Positions 38,986-48,521 of a stretch of 64,000 bases of DNA are shown here, piece by piece (positions within the stretch are counted from its first letter, which is position 1; every line of letters starts with the position of its first letter). The position numbers and the translations under genes are program-made. The notes beneath the pieces are model-generated. The model saw only the letters and a program-made list of their open reading frames with translations. It had not been told where the DNA came from and searched no databases. This DNA comes from an uncultured Schlesneria sp. (GTDB lineage Bacteria > Planctomycetota > Planctomycetia > Planctomycetales > Planctomycetaceae). The stretch is taken from the NCBI GenBank assembly GCA_903840265.1, contig CAIMFH010000187.1, forward strand, positions 12,554-76,553. Reading direction: 5' to 3'.

Positions 38986-40080
38986 ATGAGAGCAGTCAGA
39001 GACAACTTCATCACCTTCAGCCTACTGTGTGGACTGACGTTCGGTATCTCGGCTGCTGCGGATATTCCACCTCCGATCGAATATCCCGACCATTCGAAGC
39101 TGCTGATTGTCAGAGATGCAGCAGGTAACGAGAAGCCCGTGACCACCAAGCAGGATTGGGCAACCCGAGTCGGCCACATTCGCACCAATATGCAGATTGT
39201 GATGGGGCGGCTGCCGGATGATTCCCGACGAGTTCCGCTTGATGTCGAAACGGTTTCGGAGGACCGGACCGAAAAGTATGTCCGGAGGAAGGTCAGGTTC
39301 ACCCCGGAACCAAACGACCGAGTTCCCGCGTGGCTGCTGATTCCAATTGATCTGCAGGCAGACAGCAAAGCCCCCGCTATGTTGTGCCTGCATCAAACGA
39401 CTGGAATTGGGAAGGACGAGCCCGCGGGACTGGGAGGCCTGAAGTCATTGCACTACGCTCACGAACTGGCCGAGCGTGGTTTTATCTGCATCGTGCCGGA
39501 CTATCCTTCCTTCGGCGAATACCCATACGACTTCAAAAAGGAGGGCGCTCATTATGCCAGCGGATCGATGAAGGCGGTCTGGAATAATATTCGAGCGGTC
39601 GATCTGTTGGAGTCACTACCACAGGTCGACAAACAGAGGATCGGGGTAATTGGGCATTCGCTGGGTGGGCACAATGCATTGTTCACGGCAGTCTTCGATG
39701 AACGCCTGAAGGCACTCGTCACCAGTTGCGGGTTTACTCCTTTTCATGATTACTACGGCGGCAAACTCGCTGGCTGGACGAGTGATCGCTACATGCCTCG
39801 CATTCGAGATGTCTACGGCAACAACGCCGATCGAGTTCCCTTCGATTTCTATGAGATCCTGACAGCACTGGCACCGCGAGGCGTGTACTCGAATTCGCCT
39901 CTTCATGACGACAATTTCGATGTCGGCGGAGTTCGAAAGGCCTTTCAAAAAGCCAGCGAAGTCTATTCGCTGTTCGACGCCAAGTCACAATTGAAGTTGG
40001 TGACACCGGACGCTCCGCATGATTTCCCCGAACCTCAGCGTCACGAAGCCTATCAATGGTTGCAAGAAACGTTGAAGTAA
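38986..40080 (+). CDS. Alpha/beta hydrolase (dienelactone hydrolase/acetyl esterase-like), secreted
   Basis: GHSLGG nucleophile elbow, CLHQT, LAERGFICIVPDY and PHDFP catalytic His. Confidence 0.88.
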   Translation: MRAVRDNFITFSLLCGLTFGISAAADIPPPIEYPDHSKLLIVRDAAGNEKPVTTKQDWATRVGHIRTNMQIVMGRLPDDSRRVPLDVETVSEDRTEKYVRRKVRFTPEPNDRVPAWLLIPIDLQADSKAPAMLCLHQTTGIGKDEPAGLGGLKSLHYAHELAERGFICIVPDYPSFGEYPYDFKKEGAHYASGSMKAVWNNIRAVDLLESLPQVDKQRIGVIGHSLGGHNALFTAVFDERLKALVTSCGFTPFHDYYGGKLAGWTSDRYMPRIRDVYGNNADRVPFDFYEILTALAPRGVYSNSPLHDDNFDVGGVRKAFQKASEVYSLFDAKSQLKLVTPDAPHDFPEPQRHEAYQWLQETLK

Positions 40081-40097
40081 CGAGCGAAAAAGCTGCA

Positions 40098-40492
40098 ATG
40101 GACGACGACGTTCGGGCCGCGATGAAATACCTGTCGACACCTGCCGGTTCCTTCTGGAAATGGGTGGACGAAGGAAGGTCGTTGCCTGGAATCACGGAGC
40201 GACGGTCGCCTTCCGTGAAGAAGTCGGAGCCGTTCTCGAGCGACTGCTCGTCCGTGGATCGCCCTCGTTTGATTCGGTCCTGATCCTGCTGGCGGCGACT
40301 CGACACTACTGGCCTGTAGATTCCGCGACCTGGCGCAACCAGTTGCAGGTTACCGATCTCGCTGCGAAACAGATTCAGCGGCAACCGCCACATTTGGTTG
40401 CTGGCAAACTATCCGTTTTTCAGGTCGTTTCGACGACAAATCGGTTCATGAGATTGGACGGGTCGCATTGGTCTGCCCCACCGTCGCGGTGA
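40098..40492 (+). pseudogene. Frameshifted, truncated gene fragment resembling the N-terminus of MoxR-vWA-beta-propeller ternary system proteins
   Basis: MDDDVRAAMKYLSTPAGSFWKWVDEG continues in another frame near 40175 as KVVAWNHGATVAFREEVGAVLERL..GSPSFDSVLILLAAT. The family assignment is from memory. Confidence 0.5.
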
Positions 40493-40706
40493 CGACCGCA
40501 AATAACCTGGGCCACTTTGCAATCCTCAGCGACGATGGCTGCGTGAATGTTTATTCCCTCAATCTGTGACAACCGAAGCGGGGCACATGATAAAGGCGCG
40601 AGGTCCGCAGATTCGCCGTCTTCGCCGCACGGTGATATCGACGATCCCTGGCCACGAACATAGAATCGATGGGGTGATGTTGACGAAGTCCCTTGAGGAA
40701 GCTGGC

Positions 40707-42947
40707 ATGATTCAATGGATTTGCCGAGTGATCGCTGTCGCAATCTTGGGTCTGGCCAGCGTTTCGTCTGCACAGGACAAACCGGCCGATGCGACGGCCG
40801 TCGCGAATTCTGACGCCAGCATGGAGAAGTCGGTCCAGCAGTTGGCGGCCCTCGTCAAGAAATCGGTCGTCGTCGTGACGTTTCGAGGACGCGATGGCGA
40901 GCGCCAGGGATTGGGATCTGGATTCATTGTCGACCCCAACGGGCTGATTGCGACGAACTTGCATGTGATCGGCGAAGGGCGGCCGATCAGCGTCGAATTG
41001 CAGGATGGTCGTAAGTTCGATGCGACTGCCGTCGAAGCGACCGAGCGATCCCACGATCTAGCAATTCTGCGGATCGATGCCAAAAACCTGCCCGCGTTGC
41101 CGCTGGGCAACTCAGACGAACTTCAGGACGGACAACCGATCGTCGCGATCGGCAATCCCGTTGGATTGGAGCGTAGCGTCGTCAGTGGCGTGTTGTCGGG
41201 GCGGCGCGAGATTGATGGACGAACGATGCTGCAAGTGGCGATGCCGATCGAACGGGGCAACAGCGGTGGTCCTCTGTTGGATCTGCGAGGCCACGTCCAC
41301 GGCATCCTGACTTTGAAATCCTTGAAGACCGAGAACCTGGGCTTTGCCATGCCGGTCAACGCGCTCAAACCATTGCTGGCCTCCCCGAATCCAGTCCCGA
41401 TGAGCCGCTGGTTCACGATTGGAGTGTTGGACCCCGACGAATGGAAGGCATTGCCCGGCGGCCGCTGGCGTCAACGCGCGGGTCGACTGCTGGTGGATGG
41501 CCGCGGCGGGGGACTCGGTGGTCGGTCATTGTGTTTGTCGACCATGGATTCTCCGACGATCCCCTTCGAAATGGCAGTCGAGGTGAAGTTCGATCCCAAT
41601 GATGGAGCAGCGGGCCTGGTCTTTCATGCCGATGGCGGTGACAAGCACTATGGCTTCTATCCCAGTAACGGCGGAATGCGTCTGAGCCGCTTCGATGGAC
41701 CTGATTTCAACGCGTGGAAGGTCTTGCGCGAGATCCGGACGCCGTACCTCAATAAGTCGGGTTGGAACTGGCTGAAGGTGCGCGTAGAGAAAGGTCGCAT
41801 TCAGTGTTTCGTCAACGATGAGCTGGTCATTGATGAGGCGGACAAAGAGTACACGACGGGCAAAGTGGGACTTTGCAAGTTTCGGCAGACGGAAGCCGAG
41901 TTCAAAGGTTTTCACGTGGCCCCGACGATCTCTCGGTCACAACCCACAACGGAGACTATTGACCGTGTCTCGAAAGTGATTGCTCAGTTGTCATCGGACG
42001 CGGGTCTCTCGACCGCCGCCGAGTCACTGACATCCGAAGGTGAGGACGGGATTGCCGTCCTGGAAGCGCAAGCCGTCAAGCTGGAGCAGCAAGCCGCGCG
42101 GGCGCGAAAGCTGGCCGCCAATCTGCAATTGAAGCGCACGCTGACCGAATTCCAGAAAGTGCTGACATCCAAAGATGAGAGAATCGACCTATTGCGGGGT
42201 GGGTTGTTAATTTCGCGGTTAGACAATCCCGAATTGGAAATTGAGGCCTATATCAAAGATGTAGAACGTCACGCCCGCCGAGTTCAAGCGGATCTGCCGA
42301 AAGACGCCACCGAGGTGGCGAAGCTCACCGCGTTGAATCGATACCTGTTCGATGAGCAAGGCTTTCACGGCAGCCGCACAGACTATGACAATCGCTCAAA
42401 CAGCTACCTGAACGAAGTGCTGGACGATCGCGAAGGACTGCCGATTAGCTTGTCGGTCCTGTACATCGAGATCGCACAACAGATGGGGCTGAACGTCGTT
42501 GGTGTTGGAATGCCTCAACAATTCATGGTCCGTCATGAACCGCGGGAGGGGGCCTCACAATTGATCGATGTCTTTAACCGGGGGAAATTGCTATCGAAAG
42601 AGGACGCGAAGAAGATCTTCGAGTCGCTCAGTGACGAGCCTTGGCGAGACTCTTATCTGGATACCACACCGCCACACTTGATCTTGGAACGGATGCTGCG
42701 GAACCTCTTAAGCACCGCAGCCGAGGTTCAAGATGCCGAGCGCATGCTGCGGTATGTTCAAGCCACGCTCATCATCAATCCAGATTCGGATCGCGATCGC
42801 TTCTTCCGAGCGGTCCTCTGCTATCGAACTCAGCAATGGGAGCAGGCCAAAGCCGATGTGCAGTGGTTGCGTGAGCACGAAACAAACCTCAGCGATCAGG
42901 CGATCGACGACTTGGCCGGTGCCATCGACAGAGATTCTCAGAAATAG
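40707..42947 (+). CDS. Trypsin-like serine protease fused to a beta-sandwich domain and a SirB1/transglutaminase-like + TPR domain
   Basis: Triad TNLHVI / DLAIL / GNSGGP, middle DUF1080-like (WNWLKVRVEKGRIQCFVND), and REGLPISLSVLY..ERMLRNL. Confidence 0.85.
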   Translation: MIQWICRVIAVAILGLASVSSAQDKPADATAVANSDASMEKSVQQLAALVKKSVVVVTFRGRDGERQGLGSGFIVDPNGLIATNLHVIGEGRPISVELQDGRKFDATAVEATERSHDLAILRIDAKNLPALPLGNSDELQDGQPIVAIGNPVGLERSVVSGVLSGRREIDGRTMLQVAMPIERGNSGGPLLDLRGHVHGILTLKSLKTENLGFAMPVNALKPLLASPNPVPMSRWFTIGVLDPDEWKALPGGRWRQRAGRLLVDGRGGGLGGRSLCLSTMDSPTIPFEMAVEVKFDPNDGAAGLVFHADGGDKHYGFYPSNGGMRLSRFDGPDFNAWKVLREIRTPYLNKSGWNWLKVRVEKGRIQCFVNDELVIDEADKEYTTGKVGLCKFRQTEAEFKGFHVAPTISRSQPTTETIDRVSKVIAQLSSDAGLSTAAESLTSEGEDGIAVLEAQAVKLEQQAARARKLAANLQLKRTLTEFQKVLTSKDERIDLLRGGLLISRLDNPELEIEAYIKDVERHARRVQADLPKDATEVAKLTALNRYLFDEQGFHGSRTDYDNRSNSYLNEVLDDREGLPISLSVLYIEIAQQMGLNVVGVGMPQQFMVRHEPREGASQLIDVFNRGKLLSKEDAKKIFESLSDEPWRDSYLDTTPPHLILERMLRNLLSTAAEVQDAERMLRYVQATLIINPDSDRDRFFRAVLCYRTQQWEQAKADVQWLREHETNLSDQAIDDLAGAIDRDSQK

Positions 42948-42982
42948 CACTCATTCCCGCACCACTTTGAACAAGATCATTC

Positions 42983-43972
42983 ATGCCAGCCAATCTCCCT
43001 CCGCAGTATCAAAAAGCCGAAGAAGAATACCGCAAAGCACAGTCCGCCGCCGAACGCTTTGAGATTCTCGAGCGGATGCTGGTGCTGATCCCCAAGCATA
43101 AAGGGACCGAGAAGCTTCAAGCCGATCTGAAGACGAAGCTCAAGGAAACCAAAGCCGACATCCAAGTCGAGAAGACGGCCCCCAAGGGAGGCAAGGTCTA
43201 TCGGTTTCCGCGACAGGGGGCGGCACAGGTCATCATCATTGGTGGACCAAACTCGGGAAAAAGCCGCATTCTGCGGGACCTGACCAAGGCCGAACCGGAG
43301 GTGGCCGACTATCCGTTCACCACTCGAGAACCGATGCCGGGCATGATGGCGTGGGAAGATGTCACGGTACAGTTGATCGATACACCGCCGATCACAGACA
43401 GCCTGTTCGAACCTTACCTGCTGAACTTCGTTCGTTCGGCCGATCTTGTCGTGTTGACATTTGATGGGGCATCAGATGATTCCCCGGAAGCGACCGCGAC
43501 AGTCCTCGACCAGTTCCGCCAACGGGCCACAGCACTCTCCACGATGACCGGGTTCGACGAAGATGACTTTTCGAAATTGAACGTCAAGACGCTGCTGGTC
43601 GTCACTCACGGTCGCGATTCTGAAGTGAGCGATCGCCTCGACTTCTTCCGCGAAATGAATTCCACAGCATTCGCAACCATCCAAGTCGACTTGGACCAAA
43701 CCCCTGATCGGGAACTACTCCGTCGGTCGATCTTCGAGGCGTTGGGCCTGATTCGCTTGTATACCAAGGCCCCCGGCAAGCCGGCCGACTTTTCATCACC
43801 GTTTACGATTCCGATCGGCGGCACTGTCGAAGATCTGGCGTCTAAAGTACACCGCGATCTGGCTGACAAATTGAAGTTCGCCAAGATCTGGGGAACGAGC
43901 GCGGCCGATGGTCAAAGTGTCGGACGCGACCATGTCCTTGCGGACAAGGATCTGGTTGAGCTACATACTTGA
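42983..43972 (+). CDS. OBG/DRG-family GTPase with C-terminal TGS domain
   Basis: IPKHKGTEKLQADLK, GGPNSGKS, YPFTT, DTPP and TVEDLASKVHRDL..FAKIWG..VGRDHVLADKDLVELH. Confidence 0.88.
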   Translation: MPANLPPQYQKAEEEYRKAQSAAERFEILERMLVLIPKHKGTEKLQADLKTKLKETKADIQVEKTAPKGGKVYRFPRQGAAQVIIIGGPNSGKSRILRDLTKAEPEVADYPFTTREPMPGMMAWEDVTVQLIDTPPITDSLFEPYLLNFVRSADLVVLTFDGASDDSPEATATVLDQFRQRATALSTMTGFDEDDFSKLNVKTLLVVTHGRDSEVSDRLDFFREMNSTAFATIQVDLDQTPDRELLRRSIFEALGLIRLYTKAPGKPADFSSPFTIPIGGTVEDLASKVHRDLADKLKFAKIWGTSAADGQSVGRDHVLADKDLVELHT

Positions 43973-44029
43973 TCCAAGCGAGACGCTACTATTCGCTCTT
44001 TGCGGCGGAATCCATCAAGGATGTGAGTT

Positions 44030-44908
44030 GTGAGACAGATTGGATCGATTGAAGATCGTCAACAGGCCGAACGCTTCGTGGCGTATCTGATTGGCAAGAG
44101 AATTCCCTGTTCGTTCGATGGCGGGGATTCGTCCTGGAGGATTTGGATTCAGGAGGAAGACGATGTCGCGACAGCGAAAACCGAACTGGATCAGTTCCGC
44201 GCTGATCCCAACCACGAACGCTATCGAAATGCGGTCGCTCAAGCCGAGATTGTGCTGCGCCAGCAGTTACTGCAAGCCAAAGAGATCAGTCGACGGACGA
44301 TTGATTTAAGGGACCGGTGGGCTCGGCCAACGATCTACCAAGGTCCCGCCACCGTTGCACTGATGGCCCTGATGGTGGCGGTCGGATTTTTGACCGGCCT
44401 GGAGCCAGTCAAGCACGAAGAACTGACGCGGCGACTGATTTTTTCCAACTACCCAACGATGAGAGAAATCTGGTCTGGCGAAGTCTGGCGACTCGTCTCG
44501 CCGATCTTCCTGCACTTCGGAATCTTTCACTTTCTGTTCAACATCATGGCACTGCGTGACCTGGGTTTGCTGGTGGAATCGCGAATTGGAACGATTAAGT
44601 TCATCGCGCTGGTCCTCGTCATTGCGGTCGTCTCGAACTACGCACAATTCGCAATGGGCCATGGGATCTTTGGTGGGATGTCGGGCGTGGTCTATGGGCT
44701 GTTCGGGTACGCTTGGATTCGCGGGCGATTGGAACCGAGCAGCGGCCTGTCGATCCCCCAAACGGCTGTCACCTATATGATCGGTTGGTTTTTCCTGTGC
44801 ATCTTCCTCATCCCGAATGTTGCCAACTGGGCGCACGCGGGGGGACTGGTCGCAGGAGCCGCATTGGGAGCCTTCACCCCCGCTTTGAATGCGTTGCGGC
44901 GGCGATAG
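44030..44908 (+). CDS. Rhomboid family intramembrane serine protease
   Basis: WRLVSPIFLHF..HFLFN, GMSGVVYG and AHAGGL. GlpG-like N-terminal domain. Confidence 0.93.
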   Translation: MRQIGSIEDRQQAERFVAYLIGKRIPCSFDGGDSSWRIWIQEEDDVATAKTELDQFRADPNHERYRNAVAQAEIVLRQQLLQAKEISRRTIDLRDRWARPTIYQGPATVALMALMVAVGFLTGLEPVKHEELTRRLIFSNYPTMREIWSGEVWRLVSPIFLHFGIFHFLFNIMALRDLGLLVESRIGTIKFIALVLVIAVVSNYAQFAMGHGIFGGMSGVVYGLFGYAWIRGRLEPSSGLSIPQTAVTYMIGWFFLCIFLIPNVANWAHAGGLVAGAALGAFTPALNALRRR

Positions 44909-44918
44909 GCAACATTCG

Positions 44919-45416
44919 TTACTGGCCAACCAGTTGCATCACGGCTTGCCACTCGGCGGGCGTGACGGGTTGAATCGAAAGACGCATCCCACGCTTTAAG
45001 ACGAGCATACCTGCGGTCGTCGATTCCTGCTGGAGGTGCTCGCGCGTGATCGGTGAGTCGAACTTCTGCATCAGCTTCACGTCGACCATGATCCAGCGCG
45101 GGTTGTCCGGATCACTTTTCGGGTCGTAGTACTTGCTCTTCGGATCGAACGCCGTGCGGTCGGGATATCCGGCCTTTACGACTTCCATCGTGCCGAAGAT
45201 CCCCAACGGCTCTTCGCGGCTGTGATAAAAGAAGACGTAGTCGCCGACGCTGACATCATCTCGCAGAAAATTGCGAGCCTGATAGTTTCGCACACCATCC
45301 CACGGAGCAGTTTGCTGCGGGGATTTCGCCAGGGTTTCGATACCAAACGCAGACGGTTCGGACTTGAACAGCCAATAGCGACGATTGCTGGCAGCCGTTG
45401 AAGATTTCTTCTTCAT
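44919..45416 (-). CDS. EVE-domain protein
   Basis: YWLFKSEP, WDGVRNYQARNFLR, FFYHS and RLSIQPVTPAEW. Confidence 0.93.
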   Translation of the reverse strand: MKKKSSTAASNRRYWLFKSEPSAFGIETLAKSPQQTAPWDGVRNYQARNFLRDDVSVGDYVFFYHSREEPLGIFGTMEVVKAGYPDRTAFDPKSKYYDPKSDPDNPRWIMVDVKLMQKFDSPITREHLQQESTTAGMLVLKRGMRLSIQPVTPAEWQAVMQLVGQ

Positions 45417-45504
45417 CTGAACCTCTTTATCAATCCCATGGAAATGGGACTGATAGGACCGAGAGGACCTATACTCACCACCACTCTGCCGCGAGTCTTC
45501 TTTT

Positions 45505-45535
45505 ATCCGTGTTCAATCAGTGTTAATCCGTGGCT
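45505..45535. repeat. Imperfect decamer tandem (ATCCGTGTTC-type) intergenic repeat
   Basis: ATCCGTGTTC AATCAGTGTT AATCCGTGGC. Confidence 0.5.
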
Positions 45536-45557
45536 AAACATCTTCGCCTCGATCCGA

Positions 45558-47171
45558 TCACACTCGGCTTTGACGACGCTTCAGCGCTGCTGCGATGAAT
45601 CCATCGAATAGCGGGTGAGTCAGATTCGGCTTGGACTTGAACTCGGGATGGAACTGCACGGCGACGAACCAGGGATGCGTTGGCAACTCGATCGCTTCGA
45701 CCAGCGTCCCATTCGGGCTCAGACCACTCAGCGACATCCCCGCATCGGTGAATCGGTCACGATATTCAGGATTGAATTCATAGCGATGGCGATGACGTTC
45801 GGAGATCTCCGACGCTTTATAACATTTGGCGAGCAGTGAGCCTTCTTTCAATACGCACGGCTGAGCCCCCAGCCGCATCGTACCTCCCTTTTCGTTGATC
45901 GTCCGCTGGTCTTCCAGCAGGCAGATCACCGGGTCGCTCGATTCCGTATCGAATTCTGTGCTGTTGGCTTCCGCCAAGCCGAGGACGTGTCGAGCGTATT
46001 CAATGACCGCGACCTGCATCCCCAGGCAGATACCGAAGTACGGCAACTTATTTTCGCGAGCGAAACGCACCGCCTGAATCTTGCCTTCAATCCCGCGATG
46101 TCCGAATCCGCCGGGAACCAGCAACCCGTCGACGCCAGCCAGTGCCGAGGCCGCATCTTGTCGTTCCAGTTGCTCCGCTTCGATTCGCTTGATGATGACT
46201 CGCGTCGAATGAGCAATGCCGGCGTGATCGAGTGCTTCGTAGATGGATTTGTAGGCGTCGCGGTGTTCGATGTACTTGCCGACCACTGCAATCGTCACTT
46301 CGTGCTGTGGGTTCTTAATCCGTCGGACCAGTTCTTCCCAGTCATCCATGTTCAATGGACCGGAAGGAAGATTCAGGCGATCCAGAATCAGCTTGTCCAA
46401 ACCATATTGGATCAGTCCAACCGGGACTTCGTAGATCGAAAACTCTTTGTCCTGCTCTTCGATGACCGCATGCTTTTCGACGTTGCAGAACAGAGCGATC
46501 TTATCGGCGTTTTCGCGTCCGAGCGGTCGCTCGGTTCGCACGATCAGGATGTCGGGTTGGATCCCGATCTCGCGCAACTGCTGAACACTGTGCTGCGTCG
46601 GCTTCGTCTTCAGTTCGCGAGCCGCTTTCAGGTACGGAACCAGTGTCAGGTGGACGAACAGACAGTTTTGACGACCGATATCCAGTGGGATCTGGCGGAT
46701 TGCTTCCAAAAACGGCAGACCTTCGATGTCGCCGACCGTTCCGCCCAGTTCCGTGATAACCACGTCCACGTCAGGTGATGCCAGACCGAGGACCGCCGCT
46801 TTGATTTCGTCGGTGATATGAGGCACGACCTGCACGGTCTTGCCCAGGTATTTTCCTTCGCGTTCCTTCTGAATCACCTTCAGATAGATTCGGCCCGAGG
46901 TGTAGTTGGATTCTCGCGAGAGGGGGCTATTGGTGAAGCGTTCGTAGTGACCCAGATCCAGATCCGTTTCAGCACCATCATCCAGCACGTAAACTTCGCC
47001 GTGCTGAAAGGGACTCATCGTGCCGGGGTCGACGTTGATGTATGGGTCGAGCTTCTGCATGCGGACTCGCAGGCCGCGGCGTTCGAGAATCGTGCCAATC
47101 GACGCCGAGGTCAGGCCCTTGCCGAGCGAACTTACCACGCCACCAGTCACGAAAATATGCTTGGTCATCAA
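45558..47171 (-). CDS. pyrG: CTP synthase
   Basis: [34 protein letters not shown] and QFHPE. Confidence 0.98.
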   Translation of the reverse strand: MMTKHIFVTGGVVSSLGKGLTSASIGTILERRGLRVRMQKLDPYINVDPGTMSPFQHGEVYVLDDGAETDLDLGHYERFTNSPLSRESNYTSGRIYLKVIQKEREGKYLGKTVQVVPHITDEIKAAVLGLASPDVDVVITELGGTVGDIEGLPFLEAIRQIPLDIGRQNCLFVHLTLVPYLKAARELKTKPTQHSVQQLREIGIQPDILIVRTERPLGRENADKIALFCNVEKHAVIEEQDKEFSIYEVPVGLIQYGLDKLILDRLNLPSGPLNMDDWEELVRRIKNPQHEVTIAVVGKYIEHRDAYKSIYEALDHAGIAHSTRVIIKRIEAEQLERQDAASALAGVDGLLVPGGFGHRGIEGKIQAVRFARENKLPYFGICLGMQVAVIEYARHVLGLAEANSTEFDTESSDPVICLLEDQRTINEKGGTMRLGAQPCVLKEGSLLAKCYKASEISERHRHRYEFNPEYRDRFTDAGMSLSGLSPNGTLVEAIELPTHPWFVAVQFHPEFKSKPNLTHPLFDGFIAAALKRRQSRV

Positions 47172-47300
47172 TGCATTCTGCCCCCCGTCGCCACGTCCAA
47201 AAGCAAACGTAAGGCGATCGAGGAAAAAATAGAACTCGGAACAAGATTGCGAAAGACGGCAGTTACGATTGCCAGTCTTGGAGAAACGTCACAGGCGGAA

Positions 47301-48059
47301 TCACTTGGCAGCCGTCGAGCGTTGTCGCGCGACGAACCGAGCATAATCCTCCGGCGTGTCGATGCCAACCGAGTGATGCTCGACAACTGCCACCTGAATG
47401 CGAGCTCCCGCTTCCAGAGCGCGCAATTGTTCAAGTTTTTCGAGTTGTTCCAGTCGAGACGGCGGCAATGTCGTCAGTTTTCGCAGGAAATCGGCCCGAT
47501 ACGCATAAATCCCCAAATGCAACAGCCACGGCTGATCTGTGGCGAGGGCTTCGGCAGCATCGCGATCGCGACAGAACGGAATCGCAGCGCGGCTGAAGTA
47601 CAACGCGCGTCCGTCTCCACCGACCACCACTTTGACGCACGACGACGCCTGAACCTGCTCCAGACTGGTCATCGGCGTGGCCAGCGTCGCCATTTCGGCT
47701 CCGGGGCAATCGACCAGCGCCGCGACCACCGCATCGATATTGGCAGGGTCTATCTCGGGCTCGTCACCCTGAATGTTGACAAAGATGTCGCCATCGGTGC
47801 AGCGGCGGGCGGCGATTTCTGCGATCCGATCAGTACCGCTGGGATGCTCGCCCGTTAGCTCGCAGGTCGCTCCGAAACCTTGAGCAATCCGCTGGATCTC
47901 GTCGCTATCGGCCGCGATCAGGATCTGCTTCAGCGACGTGGCCTGTGACGCCGCTCGCCACGTGTATTCGATCAGTGGCTTGCCGGTCTCGGCCAGCAGC
48001 AGCTTGCGAGGAAGCCGAGTCGACTGCAGCCGAGCCGGAATGATCCCATAGACATTCAT
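47301..48059 (-). CDS. kdsB: 3-deoxy-manno-octulosonate cytidylyltransferase
   Basis: IPARLQSTRLPRKLL, SGTDRIAE, NIQGDEP, ALYFSRAAIP and LEKLEQLRALE. Confidence 0.97.
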   Translation of the reverse strand: MNVYGIIPARLQSTRLPRKLLLAETGKPLIEYTWRAASQATSLKQILIAADSDEIQRIAQGFGATCELTGEHPSGTDRIAEIAARRCTDGDIFVNIQGDEPEIDPANIDAVVAALVDCPGAEMATLATPMTSLEQVQASSCVKVVVGGDGRALYFSRAAIPFCRDRDAAEALATDQPWLLHLGIYAYRADFLRKLTTLPPSRLEQLEKLEQLRALEAGARIQVAVVEHHSVGIDTPEDYARFVARQRSTAAK

Positions 48060-48184
48060 CTTCAACCTCCTGTTGTCGATTCTGAAATTGGCCTTACTTA
48101 GACCTAAGTTAGGCGGAAAGAATGACAAGGGAGAAGAGTCACGTCAAACAGACGGAACCGAGCGTCAGCATGGGCCCACGTCAC

Positions 48185-48496
48185 TCACTTCAATTTCGCT
48201 CGTTTGGCGGTGACGTCAATCCGCAGGGTGGTGAGGTGGGGAATCCCATCCGCGCCCGCTTCCACCTTGCTATCGGATGCGGTGATCGAGAAGACATCCC
48301 AGCCCGCCTCGCCAAATTCGTTCAATTTGGTTTGCAAAGTTCCTGTGTCCACGTTGGCCGTGGTGTACTCCCATATGATTCGAGCAGGATCATTTTGGGC
48401 CGCAACGGGCTTGGCAGAACCTGCCGAAAGTACAAAGCAACTGGCTCCAATACCGATCGCAGCGCACAACAATCCGTTTTGAATTTGCGATTTCAT
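48185..48496 (-). CDS. Small exported hypothetical protein
   Basis: Signal/TM segment then WEYT..LNEFGEAGWD. Confidence 0.65.
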   Translation of the reverse strand: MKSQIQNGLLCAAIGIGASCFVLSAGSAKPVAAQNDPARIIWEYTTANVDTGTLQTKLNEFGEAGWDVFSITASDSKVEAGADGIPHLTTLRIDVTAKRAKLK

Positions 48497-48521
48497 CTTA
48501 GTTCCTTCGGTCAGAAACAGA

